Under the pieces are notes generated by a model. It saw only the letters and a list, made by a program, of their open reading frames with translations. It ran no database searches and was not told the origin of the DNA. A stretch of 44,978 bases of DNA from Alphaproteobacteria bacterium (lineage in GTDB: Bacteria; Pseudomonadota; Alphaproteobacteria; SP197): assembly GCA_964291415.2 (NCBI GenBank), contig OZ219921.1, positions 1 to 44,978 on the forward strand, written 5' to 3'. Below are positions 1 to 9,518 of this stretch, piece after piece (position 1 is the first letter of the stretch; every line of letters starts with the position of its first letter). The translations under genes and the position numbers were made by a program.

Positions 1-326
1 TGGATGTAGGCCTCCTGGATCACCGCCGTCAGAGCCTTCTCCGCCGTCCGCCGCGGCTCCAGGAAGCCGGGGAAGTAGCTCCCCTTTCTCAACTTCGGGA
101 TCTTCAGCTCCACTGTGCCCGCGCGGGTCTCCCACAACCGGTCGCGGTAGCCGTTTCTCTGGTTGATCCGCTCCGGTGTGCGCTCGCCATGCGCGGCGCC
201 CGTCAGACCCTCCACTTCCAGGGCCATCAGGCGCCCGGCCGCGAACTCGATCATCTCGCGCAGAAGATCGCTGTCAGAGCTCTTCTCCAACAGGGCCTGC
301 AGGGTCATCATGTCGTTGGTGGTCAT
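1..326 (-). CDS. IS256-family (Mutator-type) transposase, 5' part
   Basis: Manual translation [49 protein letters not shown]...[54 protein letters not shown]; GGAGGAG RBS. Absent from the ORF track because it is open at the window edge. Confidence 0.93.
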   Translation of the reverse strand, partial: MTTNDMMTLQALLEKSSDSDLLREMIEFAAGRLMALEVEGLTGAAHGERTPERINQRNGYRDRLWETRAGTVELKIPKLRKGSYFPGFLEPRRTAEKALTAVIQEAYI

Positions 327-391
327 CGTGGTACTCCTCCGGTCAGGTGGATTGTGCAAACCCAACCTTAACCGGAACCGCGATGGCCGCC

Positions 392-459
392 GTTGTGGAT
401 AACTGGCCCCCCGCCGCCTGACTCGTGGTGGTCGCTGCGGCGGGCCAGTTACCCACAAC
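392..459. repeat. Inverted repeat in the IS leader carrying DnaA-box-like 9-mers
   Basis: GTTGTGGATAACTGGCCC (392-409) pairs with GGGCCAGTTACCCACAAC (442-459) with one mismatch. Confidence 0.8.
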
Positions 460-1007
460 TTCCAGCGGAGCCAGAACTCCTACACCACGCGGTGGGACAC
501 AACCCGTCTAGCTGATCTTGTGATACGCACGCATTCTCTGACAATTAGGTACGGCCCTTCCACCGCTGTATCGAGATCAGGGCATATGCAGAAACCCTGT
601 TCCGAAACCCTATTGAAAACACAACACCATACTCCCACACTCACAGCCATCGAACTGTACGCGACAGGAACCACTCAAGATCGGTGCTACAGCAAGGCAT
701 CCTTTCGGGCGGACAAGGGCCGGGCAGGCCAACATTTGGTGAATACAATAGGACAAGGCAACCACCGCCAACGGAACACTTCCAAGCAATGGCAAAAGCA
801 GCACGATGCGGAAAACACCCCAATTCACTCCCACCAAGGCGAACGGTCTAGATGACTCTTGACCAATCAGATCTTGAATCGACTCCAGTTCATGTCATTC
901 TCAACAGCAACCCACCATTGACGCTCGGCGCAATCACGCAGTCAACGGCAACTTCATGTTCTCACGGTCTTTAACTCCGATGTTCTCTCGATTGGACCGC
1001 AGCAGTT

Positions 1008-2021
1008 ATGGTTGAATCGCGGCGCAAAAGGAGGTATACTGCCACACCCAGCCACTTGGAGGTGAACCCACGCGCCATACCGCTTCTTCCGCAAGACGGA
1101 TGGAAGTTATGGAGTCTTGATGAATTTCCCATAGTCGGTACGGTCCCCAAGAATTACTTGTCATACGGCGACCCTCGCAATCCCCATGTACGGGGTTACA
1201 TCGCAAAGAAGGGCAGAACACAAAATGACGCTCGCGAATGTGTCACCGAGGAGATCATTTCCAAGATTGGCGCCATGCTGCCATTGATGATGGCAAGTTC
1301 AAAGCTTGCCAGACTCTCAACAACCGATGTTCGCTTTCTATCTCAGAATTTTGTCGTCCGCGACCGCTACGAATTACTTCACGGAATTGAATTGGTGGCC
1401 CGATTCTTTGAAACCAATGTCGAAGATGTAGAAAGGGCTTTCGATCTGGGCGATCGAGGGGCAGAACAACACCTTTATTCGGTAGATAACATTCTCACCA
1501 TCTTGAAATCTCTATTTCCCGCTGACTTCCCCGCTTTGCAGGAGGGCTTCTTCAAGATGCTTGCTTTCGACGCTCTTGTAGGGGCACCAGACCGTCATGG
1601 CATGAATTGGGGAGTGCTCGTTCCACTCGACGCGAATTCAACGCCAGTGCGTTTTGCCCCTATATTCGATACTGCTCGAGGGCTCTTTCGCGAGATTTCT
1701 GACGAAGACCTTCATCGCCAAGAAGAAAGACGAGGCCGAGTGCACTTTCTAGCAAAATATGCTGAAGGCTCTTTTCCAATTCTGAACACGGGCCTATCGG
1801 GGAAGCAAAACCACTTTTCTCTAGTCAAGTGGATTGCTGACAACACCTCTGTCGAGGCTTGCGAAGCCATGCGCAAGGTCTTCGATGCGGTTGACATATG
1901 CGCTATCGAGCATATGCTTCAGAGGAATTTTCGGCGGATTATCACTCAGTATCGTATCGGACTCATCAGGGACTTGCTCTTTCTCCGGATTCAACGAATT
2001 GAAAGGGAGATTCGACAATGA
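1008..2021 (+). CDS. HipA-family Ser/Thr kinase (HipA_C-like)
   Basis: LAFDALVGAPDRHGMNWG catalytic loop and FAPIFDTARGL Mg-binding motif; N-lobe IVGTVPK...IAKK...E.IISKIG; lower GC than flanks. Confidence 0.85.
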   Translation: MVESRRKRRYTATPSHLEVNPRAIPLLPQDGWKLWSLDEFPIVGTVPKNYLSYGDPRNPHVRGYIAKKGRTQNDARECVTEEIISKIGAMLPLMMASSKLARLSTTDVRFLSQNFVVRDRYELLHGIELVARFFETNVEDVERAFDLGDRGAEQHLYSVDNILTILKSLFPADFPALQEGFFKMLAFDALVGAPDRHGMNWGVLVPLDANSTPVRFAPIFDTARGLFREISDEDLHRQEERRGRVHFLAKYAEGSFPILNTGLSGKQNHFSLVKWIADNTSVEACEAMRKVFDAVDICAIEHMLQRNFRRIITQYRIGLIRDLLFLRIQRIEREIRQ

Positions 2022-2422
2022 CCCGGGATATCATGTCGCTCTTCAGTCAGGCGAAGGATTGGGGAATGAAACTCTTCGCCGCGCCTTCAACGGTCCGGCA
2101 GGGATCAACTCTGGAGGTTTACCAAAGAACACCCACAGGAACGCTCCTGGTGGGCCGGCTTTCGTGCGAGAATGATGAATATGTATTTCGATATGACACG
2201 GATTACACAGGTAAGCCGATATCTGCCTTTCCCAATTCGAATCAGGAGTATCGCTCGAAGTACCTTTGGCCATTCTTTGCGATTCGCATCCCTCCACTGG
2301 ATCGCGAGGACATGCGGGAAGAGATTGCGACTCGTTCCCTCGATGATGGTCAGATTCTCGAGATACTGGGGTCAGTAGCGAAAGTCTCGGTCACCAATCC
2401 ATACGAGTTCAGATTGAGTTGA
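2018..2422 (+). CDS. HipA N-terminal-domain (HipS-like) protein
   Basis: LLVGRLSCENDEYVFRYD...PISAFP...YRSKYLWPFFAIRIP..DRED...NPYEF fits the HipA-N pattern; ATGA overlap with the kinase. Confidence 0.75.
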   Translation: MTRDIMSLFSQAKDWGMKLFAAPSTVRQGSTLEVYQRTPTGTLLVGRLSCENDEYVFRYDTDYTGKPISAFPNSNQEYRSKYLWPFFAIRIPPLDREDMREEIATRSLDDGQILEILGSVAKVSVTNPYEFRLS

Positions 2423-2718
2423 TGCTATCCACCCAACGCCACATGCCTCAGTGCTCGAGATCTTTCAACCTGACATGGTTGACGACAGCACACGGACATC
2501 CCTGACGCGGGGATTGAGCGAACGCGAGGACTGGCGCAACGCCTGAGGCGGATAGCTGTTGCCCGGTACGGGAGCGTTATCAATCAGAACCAGCAGTCCG
2601 TCGTACCACTCAATGTCCAGACTATGCACCGTGCGAAACCGAGTTCCGTTGGCAGCAGATCCACCGTCTTGACGCGCTGCAGGGGCGGACGCCATGCTCC
2701 GGAGGTCCTGGAGACACA

Positions 2719-3858
2719 GTGATGATGGACGGACTGACGACGGTGCGCGTGGCGCTCCGGCGCGCGCTGGCGAGCAGCCATCAGGAGGCCCGGGCCATGC
2801 CGGCGGCGTTCTACACCGACCCGGACCTCGCGACCCTCGAGGTGGAGTATCTGTTCAAGAAGGAATGGCACTGCGTCGGCCGCGTTGAGGAGGTCGCCGA
2901 GCCGGGCCAGGTCATGCCCTACCGCCTGGCGAACGAGCCGCTGGTCATCGTGCACGGCCGCGATGGGGCCATCCGGGCGCTGTCGAACGTCTGCCGCCAC
3001 CGCGGCACCCTGATCGTCCGCGAGAAGGGCCGGGGCAGGCGGCTGGTGTGCCCCTACCACCAATGGTCCTACGAGCTCGACGGCCGGCTCGCTGCCGCGC
3101 CGAGGATCCCGGAACGCGACGACTTCCGCATCTCCGACTGCCGCCTTCCGGAGTTCCCCTGTGAGGTCTGGATGGGCTTCGTCTACGTCAACCTTGATGC
3201 CGCAGCCGGGCCGCTTGCTCCACGGCTTGCCGATCTCGAGGCATTGGTCGCTCCCTACCACATGGAGGAGATGTGGCTGGGCTGGCTCGGCGAGGAAGTC
3301 TGGGAGACCAACTGGAAGGCCATGGTGGAGAACTACATGGAGAGCTACCACCTCACGCCGCTCCACAAGAACACGCTCCACAACCTCAATCCCACCAGTC
3401 TCGCCAGGCACATCCCCGCAGACGAGCACTGGTTCGGCTACGAGGTCGGCTTTCCCGAGGACCTGCCGCGTGTGACGGCGGGTCATCCCGACCTGACGAA
3501 GAAACAGTCTGACACCTGCATCATGGCGATGGTGCAACCGGGCAGCGGTATCGGGCTTGCCGCGGACTACAGTTCGTTCCTGTGCCTGCAGCCCGAGGGC
3601 ACGGACAGGGTGCGCTACAAGGCGGGCGTCCTCTTCTGGGGAGACGCATGGCCGCAGAGCTCGGTCGACCGTGCGGTCGAACTGTTCCACAAGACCATGG
3701 CCGAGGACCGCTCCGTGCTGGAACCGATGATGCAGGGCTACCGCAGCGCCCACCACGAGAGCGGCCCCCTCGCGCCGCCCTCGCTGGAGGGCCCGATTCT
3801 CGATCTGGCCCGGTATGTCGGGCGACGCCTTCTGCCGACGATGGACGAGGCCGCATGA
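2719..3858 (+). CDS. Rieske non-heme iron oxygenase alpha subunit (choline/betaine/carnitine oxygenase-like)
   Basis: NVCRHRG...CPYHQWSY Rieske motif; NWKAMVENYMESYHLTPLH iron site. Confidence 0.92.
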   Translation: MMMDGLTTVRVALRRALASSHQEARAMPAAFYTDPDLATLEVEYLFKKEWHCVGRVEEVAEPGQVMPYRLANEPLVIVHGRDGAIRALSNVCRHRGTLIVREKGRGRRLVCPYHQWSYELDGRLAAAPRIPERDDFRISDCRLPEFPCEVWMGFVYVNLDAAAGPLAPRLADLEALVAPYHMEEMWLGWLGEEVWETNWKAMVENYMESYHLTPLHKNTLHNLNPTSLARHIPADEHWFGYEVGFPEDLPRVTAGHPDLTKKQSDTCIMAMVQPGSGIGLAADYSSFLCLQPEGTDRVRYKAGVLFWGDAWPQSSVDRAVELFHKTMAEDRSVLEPMMQGYRSAHHESGPLAPPSLEGPILDLARYVGRRLLPTMDEAA

Positions 3859-3988
3859 TCGCCGGCGACCGGCGGTGTCCAGTCGAGGGCCACATCACGA
3901 CTCCAAAGATCGTGATCCGGAACCGCATCGACGCCATCCTCGAGGATGTCCCGGCAGCGCACCCAGAGACTGCGCCCCGGTCATGGCG

Positions 3989-5047
3989 TCAGTAAGCCGT
4001 CTTGCTGAGGCGATCGGCCGCGCGGCGGACCGCAGGGACACGTTCGTCCAGTGCCGGGTGGGTCGACAGCCAGGATGGGACATCGCTGTCGTGGGAGAGA
4101 TGCTCGAACAGGTGCACCAGCGCCTCGGGCTCATATCCTGCATCGAAGGCAAGGCCGATGCCTATGCGGTCCGCTTCCAGTTCCTGGTCCCGGGAACGGG
4201 CGAGTGACAGCAGCAGGGCGCCCTCCAGCAGCATGTCCTCGACGATCGGGCCGACATCTCCGGCGATGAGTGCCACCAGCAGGAAGGTTCCGATGCTGCG
4301 ATAGACCCTCTTCAGCCCGTGCTGTTCGCTGACATGTGCGATTTCGTGGCCCAGGACCCCGGCAATCACGTCGGGATCGGGAAAGGTCCGGACAAGCGCA
4401 TCGGTGACGATGATCGTCCCTCCCGGCAGGGCAAAAGCGTTGGGACCCAGTCCGTCGATGTCGCGAAAGAGAAGGGTGTAGGGACCGAACGGCGGCTCCG
4501 GAGCGACGGAAACGATGTCATGGAATACGAGCCGGACCCTTCCCTTTTGCACGGTGCCCAGAGCGGAGGGATCGGCCATCACCTGATCGATGAAGGCGAC
4601 GTGACCATCATCGATCCTCTCCGCCAGTTCGGCTGGAGTCAGAGCCACGGCCAGGGCAACAAGAAGGTCGAGACCCCAGCGCCAGACCACGACGCCACCG
4701 GCGATGATGGGCACCATCGCCAGCACGAGCCTGGAATGCCACGCTTCCCACCAATGCAGGAGATTTCGCCGGTCCGCTCCGACAATCCTGTCGACGGCAT
4801 CATGGTCGTCGCTGTGGAACTGCCAGCCCGAGGGAAAGGTGAGGCATGAAGGAAGACTGCCCAGCCGCACGTCGCGGCGCAGCGACGAAGCCCGGGCACG
4901 CGCCAGAATCCGTCCGTCGTCGGCCGCAACAAGGTTGACGAAACCTCCCTGCGGCGACATCACCATGCATGCCGAAAGTCGTTGCGACCTCCCGGGTACC
5001 CAGGCGTCGCCCCTGGCCGACAGCAGGTCAGACGCCGACACCGACAT
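3989..5047 (-). CDS. M48 family zinc metallopeptidase
   Basis: PNAFALPGG, GVLGHEIAH, SRDQELEAD, WLSTHP motifs; usual partner of YjgN. Start uncertain. Confidence 0.9.
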   Translation of the reverse strand: MSVSASDLLSARGDAWVPGRSQRLSACMVMSPQGGFVNLVAADDGRILARARASSLRRDVRLGSLPSCLTFPSGWQFHSDDHDAVDRIVGADRRNLLHWWEAWHSRLVLAMVPIIAGGVVVWRWGLDLLVALAVALTPAELAERIDDGHVAFIDQVMADPSALGTVQKGRVRLVFHDIVSVAPEPPFGPYTLLFRDIDGLGPNAFALPGGTIIVTDALVRTFPDPDVIAGVLGHEIAHVSEQHGLKRVYRSIGTFLLVALIAGDVGPIVEDMLLEGALLLSLARSRDQELEADRIGIGLAFDAGYEPEALVHLFEHLSHDSDVPSWLSTHPALDERVPAVRRAADRLSKTAY

Positions 5048-6068
5048 CGATGCCGTCCAGATCCATCCACGCATCGCCCACGGCCGTTTCCCGGCTGCGG
5101 GCCTCGTCGATGATGTCGTCCAGGGAACCGGCGGGAATGAGCCAGGTCCGGGAACACAGGTAACGCGTCATGCGGATGCGGGCCCAGGGAAGCAGCATGC
5201 CAAGCGAGAAGGCCGTCGCGACGGCATTGCTGACCGTGATCCACACGTACCGCGCCGGAGAGATCGCGGAGCGGAAACGATGGCCGTTCTCAAGGGTCAT
5301 CCCGGCGTAGACGGCGTTGCGCAGGAACGCGGCATAGAAGACCGAAACGGGAAACAGTGCAAAAAGAGCAATGAGAAAGACATTGGCCATCGCGACTGCA
5401 TGGGCGGAAGGGGCCTCCGCCGGAACATCGAAGACGACGACCAACGCTATGCCGATGACAACGAGCAGGAGAACTGCGGCGCAGCCTCCCGTCAGGAGAA
5501 GTGCCACCCAGAACGGCCGGATGCCGCTCGAGAACTCGAACTTCGAGGCGCCAAGCCTGTGACCGCCGATCGTGTAGCTCTTCATCGCCCGCGTGGCATA
5601 GGGCAAGAAGAGGCCCAGGCTTACCGTCGAGAGAAACGGGTAGACCACGAAGACGAGAAGGCTCCGCCAGTAGGATCCCCGGAAGTCGAAGCGGACCGTG
5701 GACCAGCTCGTCATGGCGGCGTTGAACCTGAGGCCGCGGTTGATCAGCCAGGGCATGACCAGGAGGAACAGCAGCCAGACAACACCACTGACGATGGGCG
5801 AGACCAGCGAGGCGCCATAGATGCCAGCGAGGAAGGCAACCACGACAAGGCGCCCGAGGAGAATCTGAAGCCCTCTGGCATGGTAGCCGAACGGCCGCCC
5901 GTCAATGCTCGTGTTGCCGAGAATGTATGCCCTGTTCCGCACCTTGGCCCAGGCGGACCAGATACCCATCGTGGCGATCGACAGCATCAGGTTGACGATC
6001 CAGATTCCGAAGTACTCGCGCGCGGTTCCCGTGAACGTCACGGCAACAGCCCCGTCCAGCGGCGTCAT
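5028..6068 (-). CDS. yjgN: YjgN (DUF898) membrane protein
   Basis: FTGTAREYFGIWIVNLMLSIATMGIWSAWAKVR signature; many TM segments. Confidence 0.9.
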   Translation of the reverse strand: MTPLDGAVAVTFTGTAREYFGIWIVNLMLSIATMGIWSAWAKVRNRAYILGNTSIDGRPFGYHARGLQILLGRLVVVAFLAGIYGASLVSPIVSGVVWLLFLLVMPWLINRGLRFNAAMTSWSTVRFDFRGSYWRSLLVFVVYPFLSTVSLGLFLPYATRAMKSYTIGGHRLGASKFEFSSGIRPFWVALLLTGGCAAVLLLVVIGIALVVVFDVPAEAPSAHAVAMANVFLIALFALFPVSVFYAAFLRNAVYAGMTLENGHRFRSAISPARYVWITVSNAVATAFSLGMLLPWARIRMTRYLCSRTWLIPAGSLDDIIDEARSRETAVGDAWMDLDGIDVGVGV

Positions 6069-6154
6069 CGCGAGGTTCCCGGTCCATCACCGGCAGCCAT
6101 CCACCGCCAGAACCGCAACGCGAGAGGATCGCGGACTGTCATCGACCCGTCTCC

Positions 6155-6793
6155 TCAAGGGGCGGGAGTCTTGGGTTCAAAGGGACAGGTGCGGGCAATG
6201 ACACACTGCCAACACTTCGGGCGACGGGCCGTGCAGGTGTAGCGTCCGTGGAGAATGAGCCAGTGATGGGCACCCTTCTTCCACTTCTCGGGCACGTCGC
6301 GTTCGAGGGCCCGTTCGACGGCTTCGGCGGTCTTGCCTCGCGCCAGTCCTGTACGGTTGGCTACCCGGAAGACATGGGTATCGACGGCAATGGTCGGCGC
6401 CCCGAACGCCTCGTTCATGACGACGCTGGCGGTCTTGCGGCCTACTCCGGGAAGCTTCTGCAGCGCTTCCCGGCTTGCCGGAACCCTGGAATCATGCCTG
6501 TCGATCAGCATTCGTGACAGTCTGACGACATTCTTCGCCTTGGAGTTGAAGAGTCCGATGGTCCTGATTTTCTCGCGGACGCCATCCTCGCCGAGAGCGA
6601 CCATCTTCTCCGGCGTATCGGCGACAGCGAAGAGCGCCGGCGTCGCCTCGTTGACACTCCTGTCCGTTGCCTGTGCCGAGAGAACGACCGAAACCAGCAA
6701 CGTGAAATGATTGCTGTAGTCGAGTTCGGTCTTCGGCTCGGGAATCACCTGCGCCAGAGAGGTGAACAGCCGGTCGATGTCCACGGCTTTCAC
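6155..6793 (-). CDS. nth: Endonuclease III
   Basis: LLVSVVLSAQATD, HhH LPGVGRKTA, AVDTHVFRV, C-X6-C-X2-C-X5-C; GTG start overlaps the upstream stop. Confidence 0.96.
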   Translation of the reverse strand: MKAVDIDRLFTSLAQVIPEPKTELDYSNHFTLLVSVVLSAQATDRSVNEATPALFAVADTPEKMVALGEDGVREKIRTIGLFNSKAKNVVRLSRMLIDRHDSRVPASREALQKLPGVGRKTASVVMNEAFGAPTIAVDTHVFRVANRTGLARGKTAEAVERALERDVPEKWKKGAHHWLILHGRYTCTARRPKCWQCVIARTCPFEPKTPAP

Positions 6794-7500
6794 GATTCGG
6801 CCCGGCCGTCCTGTTCGAAGATCATCGCCACGGCGCGCACCGGACACCCGGTGCCGTCCTTCATGGCGAGCGGAAGACAGACAAAGAGGAAATCCTCGCC
6901 CTCCAGCGCCTCGAGATTGCACAGTTGCTGGACCATGCACACGCCCTGGGTGTTCCATACCGCGTGAGTCGGCCACCACCACTCGGACGGATCGTCCATG
7001 CCGATGAGGTCGGTGCAGAAGAGCCTGATGCCACGGTCCACCAGCCACTGGGCCGCGTCGACCGGGACATAGGGACGGTTCATGGCGAAGTCGTCCCTGC
7101 CCCAGTCCTTCGAGGTTCCCGTCCACACGACGCAGGCCGCATCCGGGCCGATTGTGCGTGAGGTCTTGCGTTCCGCTTCCTCGAGATCGGCAATGGTGAT
7201 CGCCTCACCGTTCTGCCGGTGGCGCAGGTCAAGCAGATGGCCGGGCAGCACCAGGTGTTCCAGGGGAACCTGATCAACACTCAGGCCGTTGGCATCGCTG
7301 TGTCTCGGCACGTCCAGATGGGTGCCGCAGTGCTCGGGCATGAGGATCATGCGGCTCTCCATCGCCATCCTGCCCCCGGTGATCTGCGAAAGGTAGGCGT
7401 GATCATCGAGAGGGAAGAATGTCACCTGGCCACCGATGTTCGGCATGTTGGAGTACATCGGGTGACTGAGATCGACGATTCTGGAAACGGTTGGCAGCAT
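6790..7500 (-). CDS. Cyclase / kynurenine formamidase family protein
   Basis: IVDLSHP, HCGTHLDVPRH, LPLAMKDGTGCPVRAVA. Confidence 0.9.
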   Translation of the reverse strand: MLPTVSRIVDLSHPMYSNMPNIGGQVTFFPLDDHAYLSQITGGRMAMESRMILMPEHCGTHLDVPRHSDANGLSVDQVPLEHLVLPGHLLDLRHRQNGEAITIADLEEAERKTSRTIGPDAACVVWTGTSKDWGRDDFAMNRPYVPVDAAQWLVDRGIRLFCTDLIGMDDPSEWWWPTHAVWNTQGVCMVQQLCNLEALEGEDFLFVCLPLAMKDGTGCPVRAVAMIFEQDGRAES

Positions 7501-7576
7501 GACATGTCTCCCTTCTTGCCGTTGTCGGCTCCACCACATGAACGCCTGACGGAATAGACAGTCACGAGCGCCCTGT

Positions 7577-8332
7577 CTATCCGGTGAACCCTCCCTCGCG
7601 GAGCCAGTCCAGAACACCTTCCGCGGTGGCCGCCACCGGACCCTCCGGAACGGCGGGACGGCGGATCATGATCACCGGGAGGTGAAGATCGCGGGCGGCC
7701 CTGATCTTGGCTTCGGTCGCTCCGCCGCCGCTCGCCCGCGTGACCAGTGCACCGATGCGGCGATCCGTCATCAGCGCCTTCTCTCCTTCCACGTCGAACG
7801 GTCCCCGCTGCAGCATGACCTCCATGGCCGGATTCGGCAGGGGTTCCTTCGGGGGAGCGATCATGCGGAAGATGAGCCGCATGCCATCGATGCAGCGGAA
7901 GGAATCCACGGCCCGGCTTCCCAGCGTGATCAGGGCCACTGGCGGGGCGAGTGTCTTCAGGGCGTCGACGGCGGCATCGAGATCATCGACCACGATCCAG
8001 CAATCACCGGGCATCCTGTTCCACATCGGCCTGACCAGCTTGATTCGCGGCACCCCCGACCGGCAGGCCGCCGTGCAGGCGGTGGCTGCCATGATGCGTG
8101 CGAAGGGATGGGTCGCATCGACAAGCGCATCGATGCGTTCATCGTCGAGATAGCGGGCGAGGCCGTCGGCGCCCCCGAACCCTCCCCGCCGGAGGCGTCC
8201 GGGAAGATCCGGAGTCTCGTCAAGAACACCCGCCAGCGACGTCACGACGTCGACCCCGGGAGCCCGCTCTACGATGCCCTTCGCCAGCGCCACGGCCTCC
8301 GCGGTCCCGCCGAGAATGAGAATGCGGGTCAC
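7577..8332 (-). CDS. cobK: Precorrin-6A reductase
   Basis: ILILGGTAEA, GGFGGADGL, VDATHPFA, RGPF, KIRAARDL. Confidence 0.95.
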   Translation of the reverse strand: MTRILILGGTAEAVALAKGIVERAPGVDVVTSLAGVLDETPDLPGRLRRGGFGGADGLARYLDDERIDALVDATHPFARIMAATACTAACRSGVPRIKLVRPMWNRMPGDCWIVVDDLDAAVDALKTLAPPVALITLGSRAVDSFRCIDGMRLIFRMIAPPKEPLPNPAMEVMLQRGPFDVEGEKALMTDRRIGALVTRASGGGATEAKIRAARDLHLPVIMIRRPAVPEGPVAATAEGVLDWLREGGFTG

Positions 8333-9405
8333 GGACCCGCCTGGCCGACGATGGTGCCCGAACGATCGATGACGATCACGTCCACGGAAACACCACCAGC
8401 CAGAGTGGCCAGTGCCGTTTGCCGGGCGCCGCCAGCCACGTGATCGGCCAGAGGCAACCCGGCCTCGCGTGCCAGTCCAAGGACCTCCCCGGCGCTTGTC
8501 GATGCGGCCACGTGTCGCCCCAGTCCGGCATCGGCTCCCGCCTCCCGCGCCATGGTGGCAAGCAGGCCGAAATCCACCTGACTCCTCGCCGAATGAAGGT
8601 CGAGGGCTCCCTGCGCCAGCTTCGTCATCTTGGCGAATCCCCCGGCAATCGACACTCTGGGAACCGGATGGCGACGCAGGTACTTCAACATGCCTCCGGC
8701 AAAGTCGCCCATGTCGATGAGGCTGGCCTCGGGCAGGGAATGAAAACTCCGGACGGCTTTCTCGGAGGTTCTTCCCGTGGCCCCGGCGAGGTGTTCGAGG
8801 CCTTCGGCACGGGCGACGTCAATGCCTCTGTGGATGGCATGGATCCAGGCCGAGCAGGAATAGGGAATGACGATTCCTGTGGTCCCGAGAATCGACAACC
8901 CTCCCTTGATGCCGAGTCGCGGATTCCACGTCTTGTGGGCCAGGGCCTCACCGTCGACGACGCCGATGGTGAGAATGACGTCGGCGGTTCCGCCATGGCG
9001 CCAGGCAAGCTTGCGGATGGCCTCGGTCATGATCTCACGAGGACGCGGATTGATCGCAGGTTCGCCAGGCGCGACGGGCAATCCCGCCTTGGTCACGGTG
9101 CCGACACCCTCTCCGGCACGAAAGACCACGCCGCTTCCCTCTTCACCGGCCTTCACGGTGACGACGATTTCCGCACCGTGGGTGACATCGGGATCATCGC
9201 CGGCGTCCTTGATCACCGATGCCCGGGCCTCACCTTGACCGAGGCGGTGCGACGCCAGCGGAAACCCTGCCTCCCTGCCACCTGGCAGGGTGATCCGAAC
9301 CGGATCCGGGAACGTGCCGGTGGTCAGCGCCTCGTAGGCCGCCGCGGCCGCCGCGGTGGCGCAGGCTCCGGTGGTCCACCCCTTGCGCAAGGCATCCTTC
9401 GCCAT
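8329..9405 (-). CDS. cbiD: Cobalt-precorrin-5B C1-methyltransferase
   Basis: LRKGWTTGACATAA, KDAGDDPDVTHGA, NPRLGIKGGLSILGTTGIV. Alternative start at 9441. Confidence 0.95.
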   Translation of the reverse strand: MAKDALRKGWTTGACATAAAAAAYEALTTGTFPDPVRITLPGGREAGFPLASHRLGQGEARASVIKDAGDDPDVTHGAEIVVTVKAGEEGSGVVFRAGEGVGTVTKAGLPVAPGEPAINPRPREIMTEAIRKLAWRHGGTADVILTIGVVDGEALAHKTWNPRLGIKGGLSILGTTGIVIPYSCSAWIHAIHRGIDVARAEGLEHLAGATGRTSEKAVRSFHSLPEASLIDMGDFAGGMLKYLRRHPVPRVSIAGGFAKMTKLAQGALDLHSARSQVDFGLLATMAREAGADAGLGRHVAASTSAGEVLGLAREAGLPLADHVAGGARQTALATLAGGVSVDVIVIDRSGTIVGQAGP

Positions 9406-9518
9406 GTCTCCCGCCGCACCGGACATCGGTTGTGGGGACATTGTGTCGCGCGGTGATGAATTCGCAAGAAAATGCGGTTATGGATCGTCTGTCGCACCAA
9501 TGTTGCGAGGGGTGACTG

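Larger units (their letters stand above)
1..504 (-). mobile_element. IS256-family insertion sequence, left end (runs off the window)
   Basis: Transposase N-terminus plus a terminal sequence reading GGTTGTGTCCCACCGCGTGGTGTAG on the minus strand from ~504, resembling IS256-group ends. Composition changes to lower GC after ~505. Confidence 0.85.

Noticed and set aside
2596-2618. ~20 bp similarity to the reverse complement of ~31532-31552
   Set aside because: Short, needs a gap and does not extend; compatible with chance.
4704-6242. Long antisense or alternate-frame ORFs (also 11515-13260, 25004-27241, 27276-29255, 18770-20272)
   Set aside because: Shadow ORFs expected in high-GC coding DNA; no motifs.
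9406-9518. Cobalamin riboswitch between cbiD and cobA
   Set aside because: The region is too short and shows no B12-box.
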